From positions 1,116,001 to 1,180,000 of the forward strand of contig OY253669.1 in the NCBI GenBank assembly GCA_958009085.1: a DNA stretch of 64,000 bases, in the 5' to 3' direction. The translations under genes were made by a program, and so were the position numbers. Within the stretch, counting starts at the first letter, position 1; the number at the start of each line of letters is the position of its first letter. The notes below the pieces were generated by a model. The model saw only the letters and a program-made list of their open reading frames with translations. It was not told where the DNA came from and searched no databases. The stretch comes from Protoeuglena noctilucae (lineage: Eukaryota). This document shows, in pieces, positions 1 to 11,079 of the stretch.

Positions 1-727
1 GACGGGGGCCGGTCGGTCCCGCGCGGTCGTGAAACAGCGGTTAATGGCGAACTGCCCCCAGCACTTCCTGGCCCGGGGGTGCGCTCATCGTGCCATATTC
101 CCATCGGCGACGTCGCATTCGGAGGTCGGGCGTCATTGTACTGGCCCTGTCGCGTCAACCGAGGTCGCTCGCGTCAGCCCGTCGACGGATGCCCAGCTCG
201 ACGGTCGCTTCGCTTGCGCGGATCTAGATGTCCAAGCGTGCAATCGACAGTTCGTCCGAGCCGCGGGGAATCCAGGAAGGCGAGGGTCTGCAGCGCCCAG
301 GGGATCCGTTGCGCCTCGCCTCCCCGGCCCCGTGTCTTGTATTGCCTTGCTATGGCGTGCCTGTGGCGGCGGGCTCCCTGGCCCCGCGGGGACGCGGAAG
401 GCGCTCCCTTCCGAGGCACGGCAAGGGACCCCTCCCCGCGCTCCCTGCGTTTGGCGGGCCGAGGCACGCCTGGCACCCCTAGATTCGACGACTCGTGTGC
501 TTGGGAGCGTGCCCGGGATCGGCCAGCCCGGCCCAGGGGCGCAGATCCAGCGGGCCCACCGTGCGCAGCGCGTGCTCCGGACATGCGCGGCCAGCGCGCA
601 CCTGCGGGCCTCGGGCTCGCCCCCGCGACGGCCGAACTGCGTGGCGCCGGAGTGGCCGGGGCTAGCTCGGGGCTCCGATCGCTGGGCGTGGTCTTTGCGC
701 GCAGTGAAGCGTGTGAAGGGCGACAAG

Positions 728-3700
728 ATGGCAGCCGGGGCGAAGGGCGCCACGAACGGCGCAGATGCGCACATCGATGAGGATCTGCACTCCCGGCAGC
801 TCGCCGTGTACGGCCGGGAGTCGATGGCGAGAATGGCGCAGGCGAAGGTCCTCATCTCCGGCATGCGGGGCCTGGGCGCCGAGATTGCGAAGAACGTCAT
901 CCTCGCGGGCGTCAAGGCCGTCACCCTGCACGATGCGGACGCGGTGGAGGTCGCCGACCTGTCGGGTGGGCGCTGTTCTGTGGTGCCCGCCTCGCTGCGG
1001 AGGGCGCCATTGACGGTGCCTTCCCTTGACTCGCCGCCCCCCGCCCCTGCAGCGCACTTCTACCTGCACGAGGACGACGTGGGCAAGAACCGCGCCGAGG
1101 CCTGCCGCGACCGCATGCAGGAGCTGAACCCGAGCGTCACGGTCACCGCGTCGTCCTCGCCCCTCAACGACGGCCTCATCTCCCAGCACTCCGGTGAGGC
1201 GCAGCTGTAGGTGCAGAGCGAGCGTCGGGGTGGATAAGGGCGTGGGTCTGTGGTGCCGGCTGACTCCTCTCCCTGGGAGGAGCGGTTTTTGCCACACCGC
1301 CCGGACCACCCAACCCTGGGCCCATCCCGCTGGCTCAAGGGTGCCGTGCGACGTGCTGCAACCCCCCTCCGCAGTGGTGGTGGTGACGGAGACGGACTAC
1401 GAGTCGAGCGTCGCGGTGGACGAGGCGTGTCGCCGTGCCGGGGTCGCGTTTGTGCGCGCCGACATCCGCGGGGTGTTCGGGCAGATCTTCTGCGACTTTG
1501 GGGACCAGTTCGTCGTCACGGACGTCGACGGCGAGGTGCGGGACGAGTTGCACCTGGTTATAGGGCCGTCACGCTGGCTTCAGGCAGGGTCGACCCAGGT
1601 CGAGACGCCCTTTGCTCTGTGCCCCGCCGCAGAACCCTCGCACGGGCATCGTGGCTGGGATCGAGAGCGGCCACCCCACGATGGTCTGCTGCATCGAGGA
1701 CGAGCGCATTGAGTTCCAGGAGGGCGACATCGTGGAGCTGTCCGAGGTGCGATGGGGCGTAGGGCGTGGCAGACATTGATCCTAGGCCTGGCTCGTTGCC
1801 ACAGATGATATGACACAATCACAGATAGAGGCAAAAGGTGCATGTAACAAGAAGCACTTAAGATTGTGCAGATGGCACCACACAGCATCACATCACCCCA
1901 CAGCGTCGTCACCCCACACTGTCACCCCCACGGTCCCACCACCGCCCCGCAGGTGAAGGGCATGGAGGAGCTGAACGGCGTGCAGGTCCGCGTGCTCTCG
2001 GTCAACATCAAGCACAACACCTTCGAGCTCGACGTCGACTCGCGCGCCTTCCGCCCGTACGCCAGCGGGGGCCTCGTCACCCAGGTCAAGCAGCCCAAGA
2101 CCCTGTCCTTCCGCCCGCTGGCCGACGCCCTCCGCCGGCCCGGCGAGTTCCTCCTTCTGGACTTCGCCAAGTTCGACCGGTCGCCCCAGCTCCACGTGGG
2201 GTTCGCCGCCCTTGACCGATTCCGCGCCTCCCACGGTCGCCTCCCGGCGCCCTGGGACGACGCCGACGCCGCGGAGCTCGTGCGCCTGGCGGGCGAGGTG
2301 AACGACACCATGGGCGACGCCAAGGTGGACCGGGTGGATGAGGACGTGCTGCAGAAGCTGGCCTTCACGGCCTCGGGGTACCTCAACCCGCTCGCGGCCA
2401 TGTTCGGCGGCGTCGTGGGGCAGGAGGTCATCAAGGCGTGCTCCGGCAAGTTCCACCCCATCACGCAGTGGCTCTACTTCGACTGCGTCGAGGCGCTGGT
2501 GAGAGGCACGGAGATCAGCAGGCGTGGGATGTGCATTGCATGCAGGCGATGGTTGCGTCAGGCTAGGTTGCCAGGTAGCGAGGGTTGCTGGGCGGGCATT
2601 CTGGCTTGCCGGGAGCTGTGTCACTCATTATGCTTTGTGCGTCGGACATGGTTGCAAGTACTGTGACCTACATGCGACCCTGCCCAGCCCCAGCCTTCGT
2701 TGATCCGCCTCCGCCCCTCCCCTCCCCTCGCAGCCGACCCAGCGCCCCTCCGCCGCCGACTGCGCCCCGACCGGCTCCCGCTACGACCCCCAGGTGGCGG
2801 TCTTTGGCCGCGCCGTGCAGCGCAAGCTCCAGGCCCTGAACGTCTTCGTGGTGGGCGCGGGCGCGCTGGGCTGCGAGTTCCTCAAGAACCTGGCGCTCAT
2901 GGGCGTGGCGTGCGGGGACGGCACGGTCACCGTCACGGACGACGACCAGATCGAGCGCAGCAACCTCTCCCGGCAGTTCCTCTTCCGCGACTGGGACATC
3001 GGCCAGCCCAAGTCCACGTGCGCGGGCCGCGCGGCCCAGAAGATCAACCCGGCCCTGCGCGTGCGCCCCCTCCAGAACCGCGTCTCCCCCGACACCGAGG
3101 ACGTCTTTGACGACGCCTTCTGGGAGTCGCTGGACGTGGTGGTCAACGCCCTCGACAACGTCAAGGCCCGGCTGTACGTGGACCAGCGGTGCGTGTACTT
3201 CGGCCGGCCCCTGCTCGAGTCGGGCACGCTCGGCCCCAAGTGCAACACGCAGATGGTCGTGCCGCACCTCACGGAGAACTACGGCGCATCCCGGGACCCC
3301 CCGGAGCGCGAGGCGCCCATGTGCACCCTCCACTCCTTCCCCCACAACATCGACCACACCCTGGTCTGGGCTCGGTCCGAGTTCGAGGGCCTGTACGACC
3401 ACGGGCCGAGGGAGGCCGCCAAGTTCCTGGCGGATCCTGCCAAGTACCTCGCGGAGGCGCGGGCGTCGCGGGACATGGCCACCAAGCAGACCCTCGAGCG
3501 CTGCCTGGCGCTGCTGGAGGGCGGGGCAAGGCCGGCCACGTTCGATGACTGCGTGCGGTTCGCCAGGGAGAAGTACCAGGAGTATTTCTGGAACATGATC
3601 GTGCAGCTCGTCACGACGTTCCCCGAGGACGCCGTCACGTCCACGGGGTCGCCCTTCTGGTCGCCGCCCAAGGTGAGAGGGTGGGTGGGGTGCGGTCGTG

Positions 3701-5239
3701 AGGGTGGTGTTGGCTTAGGTGAGAGGGTGGCGAGTGGGATGAGCAGATGCGGGTAGAATAGGGCGGAGTTGGTGGAGCACAGAGCAAGCCGCGCCTCCTG
3801 CCTCATGCCAGCTCACGTGACACCAACGGCACACTCTCTCGCCACACCTGTGCCGAACGCTCCCTTACCGCCCCACCCCGTCGCAGCGCTTCCCTCACGC
3901 CCTGCCGTTCGACCCCAAGGACGAGACGACGCAGCTGCTGGTGCGCGGCGCGGCGTGCATCAAGGCGCTCGTGCACGGCATCCCTGTCCCGGACTGGGCG
4001 GGGAGCCCGGCGGCGGTGGCGGAGCGGGCGGCGGGGATGCCGGTTAAGGACTTCAAGCCCCAGGGCAACGCGAAGATCGAGACGGACCCCAATGCGACGG
4101 CGCCCAAGACGCTGGACGACGACTCGGTCATTGATGCGCTGACGGAGCGGCTCGAGGGTGAGTGTGGGGTGGGGGGCCATATGGGGCGTGGTGCGGATGG
4201 TTTGGGGGTGAAGAGGGAGTTGCGAGGTGGATGGGGCAGGTTTGTACCAGTCCGGACAGTCACGGCCACTGCATAGGCACGGGCCATGGATGGAGTGGCC
4301 CAGCATCGCACCGCCCACGCCGTGCCCTTCCCTGCTCGCCCGCAGCGGTGGTGTCGACGCTCCCCCGCGGCTACGCCGTGACTCCCGTGGCGTTTGAGAA
4401 GGACGACGACACCAACTTCCACATGGATGTCATCTCTGGCCTGGCCAACCTGCGCGCCCGCAACTACGGCATCCCTGAGGTGGAGAAGTTCAAGTGCAAG
4501 CTCATCGCTGGGCGCATCGTGCCGGCCATCGCCACCGCCACGGCCCTCGCGACCGGCCTCGTCTGCATCGAGCTCTACAAGATCGCCGCGCACGTCCCCA
4601 AGCCAGGACACTTCCATGAGCCGCGCCGGATTGAGGACTTCAAGAACAGCTTCGCCAACCTGGCGCTGCCGCTCTTCGCGATCGCCGAGCCGCTCCCGGC
4701 CAAGCGGTTCGAGTACAAGGGCCTCAAGTGGTCCCTCTGGGACCGGTGGATCATCAAAGGCGACGTGACGGTGCAGGGCGTGCTGGACTGGTTCAGCGAG
4801 AGGGGCCTCGAGGCCTACTCCATCTCCTGCGGGGCCGCGCTGCTCTACAACAACATCTTCCCCAAGCACAGGGAGCGCCTGGGGGTCAAGATGAGCGAGC
4901 TCGTCACCACCGTCGCCAAGGTGAGCGACGTGTGTGGGGCATGTGGGGCGTGGTGCATTTGACGTGGGGCGGCGCCGTGGGTGGTAGGGTGGGGCGCGTG
5001 CGATGTCACCTCCGTGGTGTGCGGCTTGCGCATGCACCCCCGGGGTGCCAATGTGTGCCATGCACCCTATCTTGTGCTGGGGTTGTATTGCGAGTGGCAA
5101 CAACAATGGGGCCCCTCTCTGTACGACCCCGCAGTTGGACATCTCCAAGTTCAAGCACTTTGACGTCGTGGTGGCGTGCGAGGACGAGGACGGGGAGGAC
5201 CTGGACGTGCCCCTGCTGTCCATCAAGTACCGCAGCTGA
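728..5239 (+). CDS. UBA1: Ubiquitin-activating enzyme E1, 9 exons
   Basis: Spliced exons give [52 protein letters not shown], catalytic [19 protein letters not shown] and [11 protein letters not shown]. 8 GT-AG introns (966-1052, 1194-1374, 1537-1632, 1747-1952, 2499-2733, 3673-3887, 4158-4345, 4921-5134). Confidence 0.97.
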
Positions 5240-5461
5240 GAAAGCCAGCCTTAGCGGGGGTGCGAACAGTGCAGCCGGGGCCAGCGTAAGGGGGTTTGTT
5301 GCGGGGTGCAGGAGTGGTAGTGGTCTACTGAAGGCCCGCGGCTGCCTGGCTCGGACACAGCGGCACGCGCGGATTCAACGGTAGTCTCAGCTGTCAGCTG
5401 CGATCTCAGCTTGCTCGTCAGCCGAAGGGGCTGGTGACCCTACGTGAACGTTGCCACCCAC

Positions 5462-6785
5462 CTAGGATCGCTTGCGCGAGAAGGCTTTGCGCAGGAAGGG
5501 CAGCAGCGCCGCCAGGTACTGCTTGGGGCGGTGCTTGAGGTGCGCCACGTGGCTGGACTCGCCAGCCCCAAAGCGCAGCTGCAAGCGAGGTGCGAAGGGC
5601 AAGTGGGTGCCAGTGGGAGAGTGGATGAGGAGCCCCGTCACCACCTGTTCGTCCCTCTCTCATCTCTCTAAGCCCCCGGCGCACCTCTTCCACAGCCACT
5701 CCTCTCGCGCGGCGTGCGTCCAGGAGCTTCCGCAGCGGCCCCGAGGGGCATATGGGGTCGTCGTCGCAGTAGACGTAGAGCTCAGGGGTCCCGAGTTCGA
5801 TTTCCTCCAGCTGCCGGAACCAGCGCCAGGGGTCCGCGACCTCCCCGTCCCACCACCCGAGCCACCCAGACACCTGGCCCAACGTCACCAGAGCAAACGT
5901 TGACACCCACACCCACGCCTTGCCCACCCGCGACTCCGCCAGGGGCAGGTTGGCCGCCGCGCACGACAGGGCGGTTGGGAAGCAGGGCGCGCTGTCGCAC
6001 ACAACTCCCCTGAAGCTGTCACGGAGGCGGGTAAACCCCTGAGACGGTGCGAGGGGCGTTACGTGAGTGGCGGGTGAGCGAAGGACAGGCAGGGCTGCTA
6101 GGGCGCAGGGGTACGTGATGTGTGGTGTGGGAAGCTAGCGTGCGGTGAGGGCGGGGTCGTACATCACCTTCTCTGTGGCGAGGAGATCCGCAGCGAGGGC
6201 CCACGGCATGGCAGCGCCGTTGCTGAACACCCAGGCGGCCCATGGACGCCCTGCGGGGAGCAGACAGGTATGTTTGCTTAGCGGTGACAACTGTGACAGC
6301 TATGAGGACGACATCGACACGAGGGTTCGCACGCACCGTTCCCAAGGGACGTCGCCTGCAGCACACTCAAAATGTGGGTCGCCCAGGCACGCCGGACGCT
6401 CTTCCTGCTGTCCATGACAAGTTTGGGCGGACATATCGCCGCAGCCATGACGTATCCTTCCTGAGAGCGCGACGGCATCGCGGATCAACGCCCAGAAGCC
6501 GAACAGTCGCCCCACGCGCTTTCCCCGTCCGAAGCTCTGCTCAGTTGCAACTATCACCTGTCGCAAGAAAGCAAAATATTGAGCCAGCAGCGGGAGGGAG
6601 GAGCCGTACCACCCCAGCACGAGGACGAGGGGCGTCCGGTCCCCGGACTCGGGGGGCAGCGACACGTGCACGCCGTAGCGCTCCGCAAACGACTTGGCGT
6701 CCTCCAAGCCTCGCTCGTTGTACTTCAGAGTCCCCGCGGGAGGCGCGGGCCAGTCGCCGGTGGTGATTCGCACTGATGTGGACAT
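5462..6785 (-). CDS. DUF829/TMEM53-like alpha/beta-hydrolase-fold protein, 5 exons
   Basis: Spliced motifs LVLVLGWYGS, WVFSNGA, GVVCDSAP, ELYVYCDDDPIC, ESSHVAHLKHRPKQY match the DUF829 pattern. Confidence 0.8.
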
Positions 6786-6946
6786 TTCGCGTGCCCGCGT
6801 TTACAGACGAGGTTGTCGAGGGCTGCGAGCGAGCCGCAGGACCAGGTGTGCCTCTCTGCCTCGCGACTTGTATCAGCTTCACAACATGGCCCGGCGCCAG
6901 GCGCGTTGCAGCACAGGCGGACCTGACCAGCCTACGCTACGTTTGG

Positions 6947-8600
6947 CTATGCGATGAATAGAATGAAGAAGACCATGAAGACGAGCACGACCCCGAGAAT
7001 CTTGAGCGCCAGCCACCGGTTGCTGGAGATGGCGTTCAGGTACTGCGGGGCAGGACAGCTGAGGCTCAATGGCGTCTGGCATCTCATCGGGCAGCTGAGT
7101 CAAGCGACCACAGAAGAATCGCAAGAGACGTCATATATCGAACAAGCGCGGCGGCACTCCGTTGCTGTTGCTAGTCCCCGCGCATTTGCCCCGCCCCTAC
7201 ACTCGCCTTCAACAGCTGCCCCTGCGCCGCCTCCACGTTCATCAACGTGTCGTCCATGTTCTCGTCGATCCGCAGCGCCATCTCGCCCTGCTCCTGCACC
7301 ATCCCCGCCAGCTGCTGGAACATGCCCCCGAGCTCGTGTATTGTGGACTCGACCTGTCGAAGAGCGTCCGCCCGGCTGTCCAGGTAACTCTGCGGCGCCT
7401 GCGCCTGCGTCTGCACCTGCGACTGCTGCATCAGCGGACCCATCGAGGGCTCCGCGCCGCCGGACGCACCGCCCTCGAAGCCCGTGCCCAGCAGGAAGGA
7501 CGGAGTGGCGCCCCCGACGCCTGCGCAGGGACGGTGGGGCGACACAGAAATCGTCGACCCCGGCAGCGCTTGGCGACGAGCCACGGCGCCGCTCTCCGTG
7601 CGATGCCGCGCCGCGTCACCTGGGGCCGGGCTGGCTGCGAAGGGGGGCGGCCGTGGGCCCGAGGGCGCGGGGCCCTGCGCCACTCCCGAGAAAATTTGCT
7701 TGCGCTCCTGGTGCTGCCTCAAGCTTTCGGTGCGGGACGTGAGGACGTTTCGGAAATTCTCCGTCGCGTCTTTCAGCCGTCCCCGCAGCGAGTCGACCAC
7801 TGCGGGAGGGCGGACGGGCCACGCTGCGTCCCGGCGCCCCAGCCGGCCAGGGCTGCAGCAAGCCAGGAGCAGAGGCGAACCACGCATCGTGCACGCCGCA
7901 TCGCCGCGGGGCCGGTGTGAGCGGTGTGGGCAGCGCAATGTCACCCGTCGCCGAGTGGGTCTTGGACTGCTTGCTCCCCACGCCCGAGGTCCCCGTGGCG
8001 ACAAAGTTCTGGAGGTCCGTGATGGCCCCATTCAGGGACTGCAGGTCGCTCTGCGAGAACCGCAGAGCAGAGCGGTGCGCAAGGCGGAGTGTGCACCTCG
8101 CTGAACTGTGCGCAGCCGCAGCGCCCCTCTGGTCCCCCGCCCCAGCCCATGCCCCACCTTGACCACAGCAGTGAGTTCGTTGATCTGCTGCGCCGGGTCG
8201 TTGAACATCGACGTCTGCCGCGCAAGCTGGGACAAGCGCTGGAGTTTCTGCGAGACCTGGTGAATCCCGAGCCCGATCCGGGACGCCCTACGCGCAAACT
8301 CGCTCTTCTCCTCCGCGCTCTCCAGCCTCCGCGAGGGAAGCTGCGAGCAGGGAGCGGGAGTCGACAAGGCGAGTCGGGAGGGAGGGCCGCATGAGCACGC
8401 GTGGGTCCCTCGCGCCCGCGTTGGGCGGAGCGTTCGGCATCATATCAGTGCATGCGCTCGCGGGCAGACATCCTCACCAGCGGGCCTCGCTCCGCCGCGC
8501 TGGCCCCAGACGTGGACGCCGCGTACTGCCTCTGCAGCCTCTCGCAGAGGGACAGGAACTCGCTTGTCCTGTCGCGGGACTGCGACGTGGACGCACTCAT
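6947..8600 (-). CDS. SYP32: Golgi Qa-SNARE syntaxin-5 (Sed5/SYP3 family), 6 exons
   Basis: N-peptide RDRTSEF; SNARE helix VESTIHELGGMFQQLAGMVQEQGEMALRIDENM; C-terminal TM RWLALKILGVVLVFMVFFILFIA. Last intron 7043-7206 is GC-AG. Confidence 0.93.
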
Positions 8601-9047
8601 GGCTCGCGCCCAGGGGCACGGGCCGCGTGGACCGCACTAAAAGTTGGAAAACTCCTTTGTGCCCTGGAATCCCAGCAAGCCAGGAGCGCGGACCGCCAGT
8701 GGAGCGCGTGACGCAGGCAGGTGGCAAGATGTGCTGCGGGGGGCGCGGTCTCTGCCGGACAAACGCGACCCGGTTCTGAAACAAAGACGTGACGCTGTTT
8801 TGCCAGAGCTCTTAGCTCCATATCGTGTGCGCCACTGGCGACGACAGCACCATCGAGACAACAGATCGATGCCTGGGTCGCATCCGCCGAACCGGCGAGC
8901 AGATACCAGCCTGCACCTGCCGAGGAATCGCGTGTTGCTTCTTACTCGCTCCCGCGTGTTGATGTTCCGGATTGACACGTCCCGTTGTATTAAACGGTTT
9001 ATTTAGGCCCCTGTGGAGCCATCGCGGGGGCGTGGTGGAGGCCCAGG

Positions 9048-10830
9048 ATGATGGGGGTTTCGACGCAAGCGCGCGGGATGCGCACGGCCAGAGCCGGGCC
9101 GATGTCGCCGGCCGAGGGCTCCCGTCTCTCGATCCGTATCGAGCGTGGACCGCTAGTCCAGCCGAGGCCCCAGGCACTCGGAGCGCGCGCGCGGACGGAG
9201 AGCCTCCCACCCTCGGCAAGGGCGACGTCTTCGGCCCAACCCCACCCGCTCAGGCGGCAACCCCACCCGCTCAGGCGGCGGGAGGGGGTGGCTGCCGCAG
9301 CAGGCCTCTCGAGCAAGGTCCTGATACCGGCTGGGGATACCTGGGGCGTGTGGGCTTGCCTGGCTGGTGAGTCGCTTGCATGGGACGTGCTGGGGGAGCT
9401 GCATGTGTTGTGTGACTGGCCTTCAGAGATACCGAGGGTGTTGATCAGAAAGCCTGAAACGCACTTCCCGCCCCATGCCCGCAGTCGCTGGGGCAGCGGG
9501 GATGTGGGCAGAGCGCAACACTCAGATCGGGAAGGAGCTCACGGGTGCGCTGATGAGCACGCTCATCGCCCTCGCCCTCAGCAACCTGAACGTCATCCCC
9601 GCCGCAGCTCCCCAGGTGCGGTGCTGCTAGGCACGAACCTCGCCCTCCGTTGCTCCTGCAACACCCCGCACGACGCCAGGCGCCCCGAGTCCCCTCGCAG
9701 TACGACATTGTTAACAAGTTCCTCCTCCCCCTGGCCGTGCCCCTGCTCCTCTTCTCCGCCGACCTGCGCCGCGTCATCCTTGGGACCGGCAAGCTCATCG
9801 TGGCCTTCTGCCTCGGCTCCGTCGGGACCCTCCTCGCCACGCTGGTGGCCTTCAAGTTCCTGCCGATGAAGTCGCTGGGAGCGGAGGCCTGGAAGGTCGC
9901 GGCTGCGCTGGCGGCGCGCCACATCGGCGGGGCCGTCAACTACGTGTCGGTCGGGGCAGCCACGGACATGAGCTCGGCGGTCCTGACGGCCGGCCTGGCT
10001 GCTGACAACCTCGTTGTCGCCTTCTACTTCATGAGTCTGTACGCGATGGCGCGCAGCATTCCTCCCGAGGACGGCGAGGGCGGGTCCCCGCATGTGGCGG
10101 AGGAGGGCACGCTGCCGATGAACGCCATGGACGGGGCGATCGCGGTCGCAACCTCAGCCACCATCTGCTACGTCTCCGTCTTGGTCACCAACGCCATGCA
10201 CCTCAAGGGAAGCATCATCCCCGTCGCCACGGGTGAGGCAGGGAGCTTGGCCTGAGGGGTGTAGCAATCAGCGTCCGGGCCTCTGCACGCCGGCTGCTCG
10301 TTCCCACTCGCAGCCATCACGGTGGGACTGGCCACGGCCTTCCCGCGGACGATGGGGCGCCTGGTCGCCTCGGGGGAGGGCATCGCGGCCATCCTCATGC
10401 ATTTCTTCTTTGCCGCGATCGGAGCTGCCGGGAGCATCAACGCCGGTGAGGCCTGGAACACGCGCCAGGATGGCCACTGGGCATGTAGGCCCGGGTTCTG
10501 ATGCCGCGCCGCCAGGGGCAGCACTCGGCGACCCTCGCCTCCGCAGTCATCCGCACGGCACCGGCGCTCTTCGCCTTCTGCACCGTCCAGATCGGCGTCC
10601 ACCTCGCCATCACCATCGTCGTCGGCCGCGCCCTCGGGTTCGACCTGCGAGACCTCCTCCTCGCGTCCAATGCCAACGTCGGGGGCCCGACGACCGCTGC
10701 CGGCATGGCAGCGTCCAAGAAGTGGCGCAGCAGCATCGTGCCGGCGCTGCTCGTTGGGACGTTTGGATATGCTATCGCCACCTTCATCAGCATGTGGTTG
10801 GGCACGTCCGTGCTGCGCTACATGCATTGA
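9048..10830 (+). CDS. DUF819 family multi-pass membrane protein with N-terminal transit-peptide-like extension; start uncertain
   Basis: Motifs LLPLAVPLLLFSADLRR, ARHIGGAVNY, LAADN, LLASNANVGGPTTA, LVGTFGYAIATF; 4 GT-AG introns. Confidence 0.88.
9237..9278 (+). repeat. 21-nt tandem duplication in the DUF819 N-terminal extension
   Basis: CAACCCCACCCGCTCAGGCGG occurs twice in tandem (QPHPLRR x2). Confidence 0.85.
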
Positions 10831-10922
10831 AAGACACGCCTGCCACGCTCGCCATGGCAACTGTCATCAGCACGTGGCTGGACGCGTCCGTGCTGCCCTG
10901 CACGCATTCATTACGTCGCAGG

Positions 10923-10927
10923 TGTAA
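10923..10927 (+). promoter_or_regulatory. Putative chlorophyte-type TGTAA polyadenylation signal
   Basis: TGTAA about 90 nt after the DUF819 stop codon. Confidence 0.45.
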
Positions 10928-11079
10928 CACAGGGGCGCGCGCACACGTCCGCGACGCGCCCCCTTCGAAAGCGGGGCGATGACAGTTTGCCCGAACCCCG
11001 TTTTGCCCCCTCCCGACCCCTAGCCCGGCCGCGCCGCGCCCCACGCCCACCATTTGGCGCGTCCTGCTGCCCGTGCGCC

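Noticed and set aside
29..727. Long N-terminal extension of the 393-aa ORF upstream of UBA1
   Set aside because: Arg/Pro/Ala-rich GC open frame; UBA1 similarity starts at ATG 728.
6255..6360. Possible GC donor CAG|GCGACG in DUF829
   Set aside because: Wrong phase; the downstream G|GTGCGT donor gives the correct WVFSNG frame.
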